NCBI RefSeq assembly: GCF_000734015.1
Contig: NZ_CP008796.1
Coordinates: 1-32,000, forward strand
DNA length: 32,000 bases
From: Thermodesulfobacterium commune DSM 2178
GTDB taxonomy: Bacteria > Desulfobacterota > Thermodesulfobacteria > Thermodesulfobacteriales > Thermodesulfobacteriaceae
Reading direction: 5' to 3'
Below the pieces are notes generated by a model. The model was not told the origin of the DNA, made no database searches, and saw only the letters and a program-made list of their open reading frames with translations. Positions 6,469-14,530 of the stretch are shown here, in pieces. Position numbers and translations under genes: made by a program. How positions within the stretch are numbered: position 1 is the stretch's first letter; the number at the start of each line of letters is the position of its first letter.

Positions 6469-7384
6469 TCAACAGAAACGCAAGGGTTACTGAAGTCGTA
6501 AGTGTAAACACCCAGTTGATACCTATTTTTTTGATCAGGTCTAATTTGATGGTTTTAAATCCTTTGGTGAGGCCAACACCAGTTATCCCACCTATGATGC
6601 AATAGGTGGTTGAGATAGGCATCCCTAATAAAGTAAAAGAAAAAATACATAATCCTGCCCCAAACTGAGCTACAAAACCTGAAAGTGGATCCAAAGAGGT
6701 AATGCCTTTTCCTACGGTTTCTATCACCCTGTGGCTAAGTAAAACAGCTCCCAGAAAGATAAGGGTTGAGGCGATAAAATAGAGGAATATTTTATTTAAG
6801 CTTAATCCTGTATACATCACCGGTCCAAGGACTGTTGCCAATTCATTAGCTCCGGTATTATAAGAGATGAGGGAAGAACTTATTAATAAGAACATCTTTA
6901 AAAGGTTTTCTATCCTAAAAAAAGGCAACCTGGAAGTAACCCTGATCACCAGTTTGTATAGAAAAAAGCTTACTAAACAGGCTATTATAGGTGAGACCAG
7001 CCAGGAAACCACTATCTTTATTAAAGAAAAAACATTAACACTGAGTTTTAGAGCCAAACCACTACCGATAAGGCTTCCTATGATAACCTGATGGGTAGAT
7101 AGAGGAAGTTTTCTCCAGTTGGAAAAAAGTATCAACAATGCCGATAACAGCAGCGAGAGGCTTAAACTAAGGGGGGTGGTTTCTACAAGGGATTTACCTA
7201 CGGTTTTCATCACCTTATCTCCGTTAAGTAAGACTCCAAGAAAAACCAGCACTCCAAAAAGAAGCACAGCCCGTTTAAACCGGATTATTCCTGCTCCGAT
7301 CGAGATACCAAGAGCGTTTGAAGCGTCGTTTGAACCTATACCAAAGGCAATCAAAAGGCTGGCTATGATGGCAATCTCTATCAT
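6443..7384 (-). CDS. pit: Inorganic phosphate transporter, PiT family
   Basis: N-terminal GIGSNDASNALG motif, polytopic hydrophobic protein, and a DUF47 partner gene upstream. Confidence 0.85.
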   Translation of the reverse strand: MIEIAIIASLLIAFGIGSNDASNALGISIGAGIIRFKRAVLLFGVLVFLGVLLNGDKVMKTVGKSLVETTPLSLSLSLLLSALLILFSNWRKLPLSTHQVIIGSLIGSGLALKLSVNVFSLIKIVVSWLVSPIIACLVSFFLYKLVIRVTSRLPFFRIENLLKMFLLISSSLISYNTGANELATVLGPVMYTGLSLNKIFLYFIASTLIFLGAVLLSHRVIETVGKGITSLDPLSGFVAQFGAGLCIFSFTLLGMPISTTYCIIGGITGVGLTKGFKTIKLDLIKKIGINWVFTLTTSVTLAFLLTKLVLNIL

Positions 7385-7397
7385 AGATAAGGGAGGG

Positions 7398-8054
7398 CTA
7401 CCTTAAACTAAGGTCTAACAAATAAAGGTAATCGCTTGCATCCTCTATGACGTCGCTAACAGACACAAGAGCATCAACAAAGTCAGACATAATCTTTCCT
7501 TCCCAGTAGTTAGTAATCTTACAGAGTTTGCAATTTCTTATCTTTTCTGTAAGTTCCAACTTGATTTCATCTACCTTTTTTTCTAAAATTCTTATGGCAA
7601 GATTTTTTTCTCTGATGTTATCTTTAGTCCAGAGTGCCTCAAAGGATTTTATCAGGATCTGACACATCTCCACGTTGATGTGGGCTATCCTTAAACATTC
7701 TTCTTCTATGTTTTTATAGGTTAGTCCATAAAGGTCAGAATTTAAGATGTAGCGATACTCAAAGGCACAAACTTTCATATGGTCAAAAGCTTTTTCGACG
7801 ATCTCGATAAAGTTACAAAGATTAGGTCTTATGTAAGGTAAAAAAGCCCCCTCATAGATGATACCTATGATCTCTCTTTTAAGAGAGTCTGCCTCTCGTT
7901 CAAGGTTTTCTATACAATAGGTTTGTTCAAAACTCTCTTGAAGTAAGGTCTCTTTTAGACACTCTGTAGCAGCACAAAGGGTTTTAAGGTATTCTTGAAT
8001 TTGGGTTATGGCTTTTTTTTCTAACTTTCCTCCACCTAAAAGTTTTTCAAGCAT
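7398..8054 (-). CDS. DUF47 / PhoU-like putative phosphate transport regulator
   Basis: 218 aa predicted helical protein immediately upstream of pit, the usual pairing for this family. The call rests on context and a general resemblance only. Confidence 0.65.
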   Translation of the reverse strand: MLEKLLGGGKLEKKAITQIQEYLKTLCAATECLKETLLQESFEQTYCIENLEREADSLKREIIGIIYEGAFLPYIRPNLCNFIEIVEKAFDHMKVCAFEYRYILNSDLYGLTYKNIEEECLRIAHINVEMCQILIKSFEALWTKDNIREKNLAIRILEKKVDEIKLELTEKIRNCKLCKITNYWEGKIMSDFVDALVSVSDVIEDASDYLYLLDLSLR

Positions 8055-8069
8055 ATCTTTAACCCTCTC

Positions 8070-8483
8070 TTATTTTTTAGCCTGTTCTATTAAAACATTG
8101 TACAAAACATCAAAAAAAGACACTACCCCTATGATTTTTTTGTTTTCATCAGTGATAAAAACACGCGCTATGTTATGTGAGTTCATGATCTCTAAGATTT
8201 TTTCTAAGGGGGTGTCTTGAGGAACACAGAGAACAGGCTTCGAGGCTATGTCACCTATTTTTATCTTATGAGGGTCCAGATTCTTAGCTAATACCTTAAA
8301 AATGATATTTCTTACCGTAACTACCCCATAGGAATCATCATGATTTTTAGGTAAGACTAACAACGACCTTATACGTTTGTCAATCAACCTTTCTATAGCA
8401 TCATAAACTGTAGCGTCTGCAGATATGGTTTCAAGTTTTTTATTCATGATGTCTTTGGCTACTTTTCCCATCTTTCCCCCCAT
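8070..8483 (-). CDS. CBS domain pair protein
   Basis: 137 aa. Two CBS-like halves: IMNKKLETISADATVYDAIERL...SLLV and IASKPVLCVPQDTPLEKILEIM...ARVFITDENKKIIGVVS. Confidence 0.75.
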   Translation of the reverse strand: MGGKMGKVAKDIMNKKLETISADATVYDAIERLIDKRIRSLLVLPKNHDDSYGVVTVRNIIFKVLAKNLDPHKIKIGDIASKPVLCVPQDTPLEKILEIMNSHNIARVFITDENKKIIGVVSFFDVLYNVLIEQAKK

Positions 8484-8607
8484 AGTTTTTAATTATTTAT
8501 AAAATATATTATAAATTGGACAAATAAAAAAATCAATAAAATACTAAGAAAAATTTGGTTTAATAGATAGGACCTTAAGAGGAAATTAAACAGGAAGTTC
8601 TAAAGAA

Positions 8608-8679
8608 TGGGCGGAAGAGGATTTGAACCTCTGACCCCCGGCTTGTAAGGCCGATGCTCTCCCCCTGAGCTATCCGCCC
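8608..8679 (-). tRNA. tRNA-Val (anticodon TAC)
   Basis: The reverse complement GGGCGGATAGCTCAGGGGGAGAGCATCGGCCTTACAAGCCGGGGGTCAGAGGTTCAAATCCTCTTCCGCCCA folds as a cloverleaf: 7 bp acceptor, GCTC/GAGC D stem, TCGGC/GCCGG anticodon stem with loop CTTACAA, and a GTTCAAATC T loop. No CCA is encoded. Confidence 0.9.
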
Positions 8680-8819
8680 GTAAAAAGAATATAGTCTAAA
8701 AATAATATAAAATAGGTTTTTGTCAATAGTTTTTTGGTTAAACTATGTATAAGAAACTATTTTTTGCTTTTGAATAGACCTATAAATGAGAGGATAAAAA
8801 CTAAAAGAGGTTAGGTTAT

Positions 8820-9326
8820 ATGTTTAGAGAAGAGGTTTTTCATCTATTTTTGGTTGAGGCAAGCACCCCTGAGTTAGCCTTCTCTCAGGTGGTAAAGTTT
8901 CTTTCAACCTATCAGTTAGTAAGATATGATGAATTTAAGGTTCTTGAAAAAGAAACCTTAGGTTTAAGAGACCCTGATTTTTGGCAAGCCTTAGAAAAAG
9001 GAATCACAAAAAATTTGGAAGTCTTAAAAGGGTTTATACAAGATTTAAATCAGGAAGGCTATGTTAGTATAAGAGATCTTTTGTTTCTTCCTCAAGGTTA
9101 TCTTAGTAAGATATTTCATCTGATAGCTCATCTTCTGGACGGGTTTTTTGGGATAGATTCTTATTTTTATAACCTGGTTGAAGACTCTCATTTTATAAGT
9201 CCTCAACTAAGGCAAAAGCTCAAAAAAGAGGAAACAGGCTATTTTCTGGTCCCAGTTAAAGCTTATTTTGACGAAAAAATCTATTCTTTTGAAACTATAT
9301 CACCTAAGAAATTTTTTAAAATTTAG
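8820..9326 (+). CDS. Hypothetical protein, 168 aa, no family recognised
   Basis: Long ORF with RBS-like AAGAGG upstream and a hairpin terminator downstream. I could find no recognisable motif. Confidence 0.5.
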   Translation: MFREEVFHLFLVEASTPELAFSQVVKFLSTYQLVRYDEFKVLEKETLGLRDPDFWQALEKGITKNLEVLKGFIQDLNQEGYVSIRDLLFLPQGYLSKIFHLIAHLLDGFFGIDSYFYNLVEDSHFISPQLRQKLKKEETGYFLVPVKAYFDEKIYSFETISPKKFFKI

Positions 9327-9361
9327 AGATATGAAAGGTAGCTTTTTTATCAGATCTTTTT

Positions 9362-9393
9362 CCAGGAGAGGTATTTCTAAGAACCTCTCCTGG
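9362..9393 (+). terminator. Hairpin terminator between convergent genes
   Basis: Perfect 10 bp stem CCAGGAGAGG / CCTCTCCTGG with a 12 nt loop, followed by AAGTTTAGTTTTTT. Confidence 0.5.
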
Positions 9394-9405
9394 AAGTTTA
9401 GTTTT

Positions 9406-10776
9406 TTAGTCCTTAGGTTCTATTTTGTATTTTCCCTTTTCAAAACTCACGTTAGCGTTGAGATAATAGGCCTTAAACCCTGCTCTTTTTAATATGTTAT
9501 AAGCCATTTCAGCCCTAATACCTGTTGCACAATGAATAATGATGGTTTTGTCCTTAGGAATTTCGTTTAATCTTTTTTCAAGTTCTCCCAAGGGGATGTT
9601 TACCGCATGGGGGAAGCTACCTTCTTGAGTTTCGTTTACTTCTCTTACGTCAAGGATGAAGTAGTTAGCAGGTAGGGTAGGAGATTTAAGTAGTTTTTTA
9701 AACTCTTCCACAGAGAAGGTGCCAGGCCTGGGTTTATGAACATAAACTATCTTAGAGGAGGGTTTCCCTACTTCAACCTTACCTCCTGCTTTTTTCCAGG
9801 ACTCTAATCCACCAGGAATGTAGGCTATGTTGGTGTATCCCCAGTTTTTAATGATATCGATAGCTGATAAAGCTCTTTCGTCTTTTTCATCATAAACGAA
9901 GATGGGAGCGTTTTTCTGTTTAGGAAATTGCTTTTTAGCAGCTTTAAGTTTTTCAAGAGGAAGGTTTACTGCCCCAGGTATGTAGCCTTTTTCTGCCAAG
10001 GTCTTAGGCCTCAGGTCTATAAGCACAAAAGATACTCCCTGAGAAATTTCTGAAAGGATGTGTTGAGGTTCTACTGCTACAGGGAGGCCTGCTTTTTTCC
10101 AGGCAGGTATACCTTCTACAAAGCCTTTAACGTTGGTATATCCAAGAGAAGCGGCCACACTGACCGCCGCAGGGGTTAACGCTCAGCGTGGACCTTCACA
10201 ATATACCACAGCTAAAGCTTGCTTATCTTTCAAGACTTCAGGTAGTTTCTTCCCAAACTGAGCCAAAGGAAGGTTGATAGCCCCAGGTATATGTCCTTCA
10301 GCATACTTGGCAGGAGGTCTAACATCTATGATTAACGCTGACTTTTGTTCTACCAGTTTTTTAACCTCTTCTAAACCTATAGTTTTTTCTGCCGGGACCT
10401 TAACCGGAGGTTTTACTGCTATGATAGAGGCATATCTTTTACCGTCTTTTTCTGTATAGACAACCTTTATAGGGGTGCCTTTGTTAAGTTTGTTTAAAGG
10501 TTGGTCCCAGTAAAGCACCTTTACCTTGTCGTCAAAAAACACGTCAAGACTTTGACCGGTATCAAGTTGAAGAAGCCCTGCTTTTTGAGAAATGGAAATA
10601 AGATTACCCCAAAGTTCATTAGGGGCTGAAACTTTGTGACACCCAGGTTGAACACATGAAGGAAGAGCCTGTTTGATCCCTGGCTCTCCTGGAGCAGAAG
10701 TCATCTCCTTTATCCCTATACTTAAACTAAAAAATAAAGAGGAGACTCCTAAGGCTACCAGATACTTTTTGTTCAT
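9406..10776 (-). CDS. Secreted protein with three rhodanese domains and an in-frame TGA (Sec) at 10183-10185. Candidate selenoprotein sulfurtransferase, 456 aa.
   Basis: ORF-track pieces 10183..10776 and 9406..10158 share one frame across a single TGA. The TGA falls inside rhodanese domain 1: VVYCEGPR-[TGA]-ALTPAAVSVAASLGYTNVKGFVEGIPAWKKAGLPV. The downstream piece alone would start mid-domain. Domain 2 has no catalytic Cys (VYDEKDERA) and domain 3 has HCATGIRA. The N-terminus MNKKYLVALGVSSLFFSLSIG looks like a signal peptide. Confidence 0.7.
10151..10170 (-). promoter_or_regulatory. Putative bacterial SECIS hairpin for the rhodanese UGA
   Basis: The minus strand reads GCGGC-GGUCAGUGUG-GCCGC, starting 12 nt after the UGA. 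The loop begins with GGUC. Confidence 0.45.
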
Positions 10777-10813
10777 AAATCCCCCTTGGTGTTTTTTATG
10801 TTTATCTATAAAA

Positions 10814-10841
10814 ATTATAAATAAATTTGTCTAAAAAACAA
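10814..10841 (-). promoter_or_regulatory. Putative sigma70-type promoter for the rhodanese gene
   Basis: On the minus strand: TTGTTT (10841-10836), 16 nt spacer, perfect TATAAT (10819-10814). RBS AAGGGGGA precedes the ATG at 10776. Confidence 0.4.
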
Positions 10842-10883
10842 CCAAGAAACCTATAAATGTGGTGTCTATAGAACCAAGAGGTC

Positions 10884-12413
10884 CTATTCTTGCCAGAGGT
10901 TTTTTTCTAAACTGCGGTATTGGATGGCTTCTGTGATGTGATGTTTTAAGATAATCTCAGATTGTTCTAAATCAGCTATCGTTCTTGCTACCTTGAGTAT
11001 TTTGTGAATGGCCCTTGCAGAGAAACTAAATTTTTCTGCAGCTTTTTCCAAAAACTCCTGAGCCTTAGGTTCTAAGATACAGTATTTTTTGATTTCTTTA
11101 GATTTAAGCTTGGCGTTGGTTTTAAGTTGGGTTCCATAGCGTCTTTCTTGGATTTTTCTTGCAGCTAATACCCTTTCTTTTATTTCTGCTGAGCTAATCT
11201 GAGGTTTGTCTGAGGTTTTTAGTAGGGCCTTGTAGTCTACGGAGGGAACTTGTAAGTGGATGTCTATTCTATCAAGGATTGGGCCTGAGATTTTGTTTCT
11301 ATACTTTTTAACCTCCTGAAAGGTGCACTGACAGGGTTTGGTAGGGTGTCCGTAATAACCACATTTACAAGGATTCATCGCACAAACCAGCATAAACTTA
11401 GAAGGATAGGTTACGGTAAAGTTGGCTCTGGTTATGGTAACCTGTCCGTCTTCTAAAGGTTGTCTGAGGGCCTCTATCACATCTTTTCTAAACTCGGGAA
11501 ACTCGTCAAGAAAAAGCACCCCGTTATGGGCTAAGCTTACCTCTCCTGGTTTAGGATGAGTTCCTCCTCCTATCATCCCAGCCTCAGAGATACCAAAATG
11601 GGGATTTCTAAAAGGACGATGGTTGATAAAAGGTTTTTCAGGGGTTAATAGGCCTGCTACCGAGTAGATCTTGGTGGTTTCAAGTGCCTCTTGATAGGTA
11701 AGAGGAGGGAGTATGGTAGGGAGCCTCTGGGCAAGCATGGTTTTTCCTGCACCAGGTGGCCCTATCATCAACACGTTGTGCCCACCTGCCGCGGCTACCT
11801 CAAGGGCTCTTTTAGCCATCTCCTGACCAAATATTTCTGAGAAATCCTCTTCTAACCTTAGTACCTCAAGGTCAACCTCTTTTTTCGGATGTAAAGGCAC
11901 AGTTCCTTCTCTTAGGTAATCAACCACCTCTCTTAGATGGGTTACTCCTACCACCTTAAAATCACGCACCAGAGAAGCTTCTAAATAGTTATCCAGAGGC
12001 AACACAATCTCGCAAAACCCTAACTCTTTAGCCTTTAACACAGAGGGTAATATCCCTCTTGTACTCTTAACTGTTCCGTCAAGGGAAAGCTCTCCTAAAA
12101 AGGCTTTGTTAGCTAAGGCCTCCTTAGAGATTATTTCCATACCAGCCAGTATCCCCAAGGCCATCGCCAGATCAAAACCACTTCCTTCTTTTTTAAGGTC
12201 TGCAGGAGCCAGGTTTATGGTAATCTTTTTTTGGGGAAAACTAAAACCTGAGTTTTTTAAAGCAGACCTGATGCGTTCTCTACTTTCTTTGATAGAGCTG
12301 TCTGGAAGCCCTACGATGGTAATCCCTGGAAGGCCTCGCGAAAAATCTACCTCGATGTCTACAGGAAAGGCTTCGATACCTAAAACCGTAAAGCTTGAAA
12401 CCTTTACAAACAT
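10884..12413 (-). CDS. comM: YifB/ComM family Mg-chelatase-like AAA+ ATPase
   Basis: N-terminus MFVKVSSFTVLGIEAFPVDIEVD, Walker A GPPGAGKT, and a C-terminal ChlI-like region. The start is set at the second Met because the first Met (12431) lies inside the atpE terminator T-tract. Confidence 0.9.
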   Translation of the reverse strand: MFVKVSSFTVLGIEAFPVDIEVDFSRGLPGITIVGLPDSSIKESRERIRSALKNSGFSFPQKKITINLAPADLKKEGSGFDLAMALGILAGMEIISKEALANKAFLGELSLDGTVKSTRGILPSVLKAKELGFCEIVLPLDNYLEASLVRDFKVVGVTHLREVVDYLREGTVPLHPKKEVDLEVLRLEEDFSEIFGQEMAKRALEVAAAGGHNVLMIGPPGAGKTMLAQRLPTILPPLTYQEALETTKIYSVAGLLTPEKPFINHRPFRNPHFGISEAGMIGGGTHPKPGEVSLAHNGVLFLDEFPEFRKDVIEALRQPLEDGQVTITRANFTVTYPSKFMLVCAMNPCKCGYYGHPTKPCQCTFQEVKKYRNKISGPILDRIDIHLQVPSVDYKALLKTSDKPQISSAEIKERVLAARKIQERRYGTQLKTNAKLKSKEIKKYCILEPKAQEFLEKAAEKFSFSARAIHKILKVARTIADLEQSEIILKHHITEAIQYRSLEKNLWQE

Positions 12414-12421
12414 GTTTATCC

Positions 12422-12470
12422 TAAAAAACAAAAAAGAGGACCATAAGGTTTGGCCCTATGGTCCTCTTTT
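12422..12470 (-). terminator. Rho-independent terminator after atpE
   Basis: On the minus strand: GAGGACCATA / TATGGTCCTC stem with an 11 nt loop, followed by TTTTTTGTTTTTT. Confidence 0.7.
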
Positions 12471-12492
12471 TTATCCTAAACTTATATAGCTG

Positions 12493-12882
<390 letters not shown>

Positions 12883-12950
12883 TTAAAAATTTTAATTTTT
12901 AAATAAAACACTTGCCAGAAGGCTCATAAACCCCCTGGCAAAGCTTCTTT

Positions 12951-13703
12951 TTAATGGTGTTCCTCAACAGCACCGGCAAAGTAAGCCAAACTTAAAAGAA
13001 CAAAAATCAAAGTCTGAATAAGACTTACCAACACACCTAACACCATGATCGGAAGAGGAGCAAAAAACTTACCTGCAAGCATCGTAAGAATCCCAAGTAA
13101 AAGCTCTTTAGATACTAAGTTTCCAAAAAGTCGGACAGAAAGAGAGATAATCCTTCCTATATGGCTAAAAATTTCAGCAGGAAGCATAAGAGGAGCCAAC
13201 CAAGGAATAGGACCTAAGAAGGTCTTAAAATAGGCAAGCCCTTTAAACCTTATTCCTAAGAAATGGTAATAAACGATGGTAATTAAGGTTAAACCAAGGG
13301 TTACGTTAAGATTAGCGGTGGGAGACATAAACCCAGGTATAAGCCCTAAAAAGTTGCAGAAGAGAATGTAAAGGGCATAAAAAACGATCAAAGGAAAAAC
13401 CAAAGGCACCAGGTTAGGGCCATGCCCATCACCGTGAGGTACGTTTTCTTTGGTAAAGTTGTAGAGGGTTTCGATCACAAACTCCCAGAAATTCTGAAAC
13501 CCTTTTGGTATAAACTCCATCTTTCTTGTGCCTATATAGGCTAACACGATAAGCAAAATACACACAAAAAAGCTGTGGACCATGTGAGGAGCAAGCAACT
13601 TGGCCAAAGGCCCATAATGGGCTGCCTCTTCATAGTAATGAAACCCAGAAGGAAGACCAAGCTTTTCTAAAATAAGACACAAAAACAGTATAGGATGTTC
13701 CAT
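12951..13703 (-). CDS. atpB: F-type ATP synthase subunit a
   Basis: Polytopic 250 aa protein with the conserved Arg region ISLSVRLFGN, directly upstream of atpE. Confidence 0.9.
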   Translation of the reverse strand: MEHPILFLCLILEKLGLPSGFHYYEEAAHYGPLAKLLAPHMVHSFFVCILLIVLAYIGTRKMEFIPKGFQNFWEFVIETLYNFTKENVPHGDGHGPNLVPLVFPLIVFYALYILFCNFLGLIPGFMSPTANLNVTLGLTLITIVYYHFLGIRFKGLAYFKTFLGPIPWLAPLMLPAEIFSHIGRIISLSVRLFGNLVSKELLLGILTMLAGKFFAPLPIMVLGVLVSLIQTLIFVLLSLAYFAGAVEEHH

Positions 13704-13714
13704 AACCTGACCCC

Positions 13715-14158
13715 CTAAGTTAATATTTCTTTTTTTTCTTTTTTCATAAACAGGAAAAACTTGATAAAACTATAAACCGTAAGGCTAAGATAAACCAAAC
13801 CAAACGCAGAAATCAAAAAAACAGGGTGAGCCCCAAGATGGGCTATCAAAAAATAAACCACTATGGCAGTTGCCAAAAGTTTAAGATAAATCTTTGCTAT
13901 GTAGACGTGGCGCTCTTTGTTATAGAGATTTTTCTGGTCTGAAGCAAAGATTTCCTGAATTTTTTTTACAAAGTCAATCCCTTCTTTTTTGGTGGTCCTG
14001 AAGTTTAGAAACCCTAAAATCCCACCTGCCAAGAAGGAAAAAGTTTCCACCAAACCACCCCATACTAAATGGATAAAAATCGTCGCAACAACCACCAGCC
14101 CAAGGATTAATCTCTCTGCCTCACCAAAAAACCTTTCAGGACTTACTTCCTTTATCAT
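13715..14158 (-). CDS. atpI: ATP synthase protein I-like small membrane protein
   Basis: 147 aa, four hydrophobic segments, directly upstream of atpB. The call is mostly from context. Confidence 0.5.
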   Translation of the reverse strand: MIKEVSPERFFGEAERLILGLVVVATIFIHLVWGGLVETFSFLAGGILGFLNFRTTKKEGIDFVKKIQEIFASDQKNLYNKERHVYIAKIYLKLLATAIVVYFLIAHLGAHPVFLISAFGLVYLSLTVYSFIKFFLFMKKEKKEILT

Positions 14159-14405
14159 TTTTACCTATGTCCTTTGTCCTCTTCTTGGTATACCAGATAA
14201 GGTTCTTAATCCCCCCTATCGCCCCAAAAATGATAAAGATAGTCGTAATCCACGGGGAAGTCCTTCCATGTAAAAGCTTCTCCTCTATCAGCCAGCCTAC
14301 CACCGCTCCTGCTATCACCGAAGAAACTACAGCAATCCCGATGGTAAAACTTTCGGCTAAAACCTCTAACAAAAATTTAAAAGCACTATCCTTTTTCTCT
14401 TTCAA
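14136..14405 (-). CDS. AtpZ/AtpR-like small membrane protein (F0F1 operon gene 1 type)
   Basis: 89 aa, two hydrophobic helices, first gene of the atp cluster, with a 23 nt overlap on the next gene. Confidence 0.5.
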   Translation of the reverse strand: MKEKKDSAFKFLLEVLAESFTIGIAVVSSVIAGAVVGWLIEEKLLHGRTSPWITTIFIIFGAIGGIKNLIWYTKKRTKDIGKNDKGSKS

Positions 14406-14530
14406 CTTACATACATTTAAAACATAATTTTTAAAAAATCAACCAGCAAAAAACTACAAAATCAGGCGTATTATCAAAAATACAATTGATTTTATGTTTT
14501 TAATTTTATTTTTTATAAAATTTTTTAAGT

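Noticed and set aside
9268-9492. 74 aa ORF spanning the 9362-9393 hairpin
   Set aside because: It runs through a terminator hairpin and is antisense to the rhodanese 3' end. It has low-complexity sequence and no RBS.
12414-12431. Upstream start (MFFRINM) of the comM/yifB ORF
   Set aside because: Those codons lie in the T-tract of the atpE terminator, and the family N-terminus begins at MFVKVSS.
12106-12489. Antisense ORFs opposite comM, pit, atp, activase, porin, hemW, methyltransferase, lptF and fabF genes (for example 12106..12489, 6867..7091, 7119..7406, 13989..14273, 14167..14427, 14601..14986, 24197..24512, 25365..25853, 28009..28254, 29581..30572)
   Set aside because: All lie inside better-supported genes on the other strand and encode low-complexity or Pro/Ser/Lys-rich sequences.
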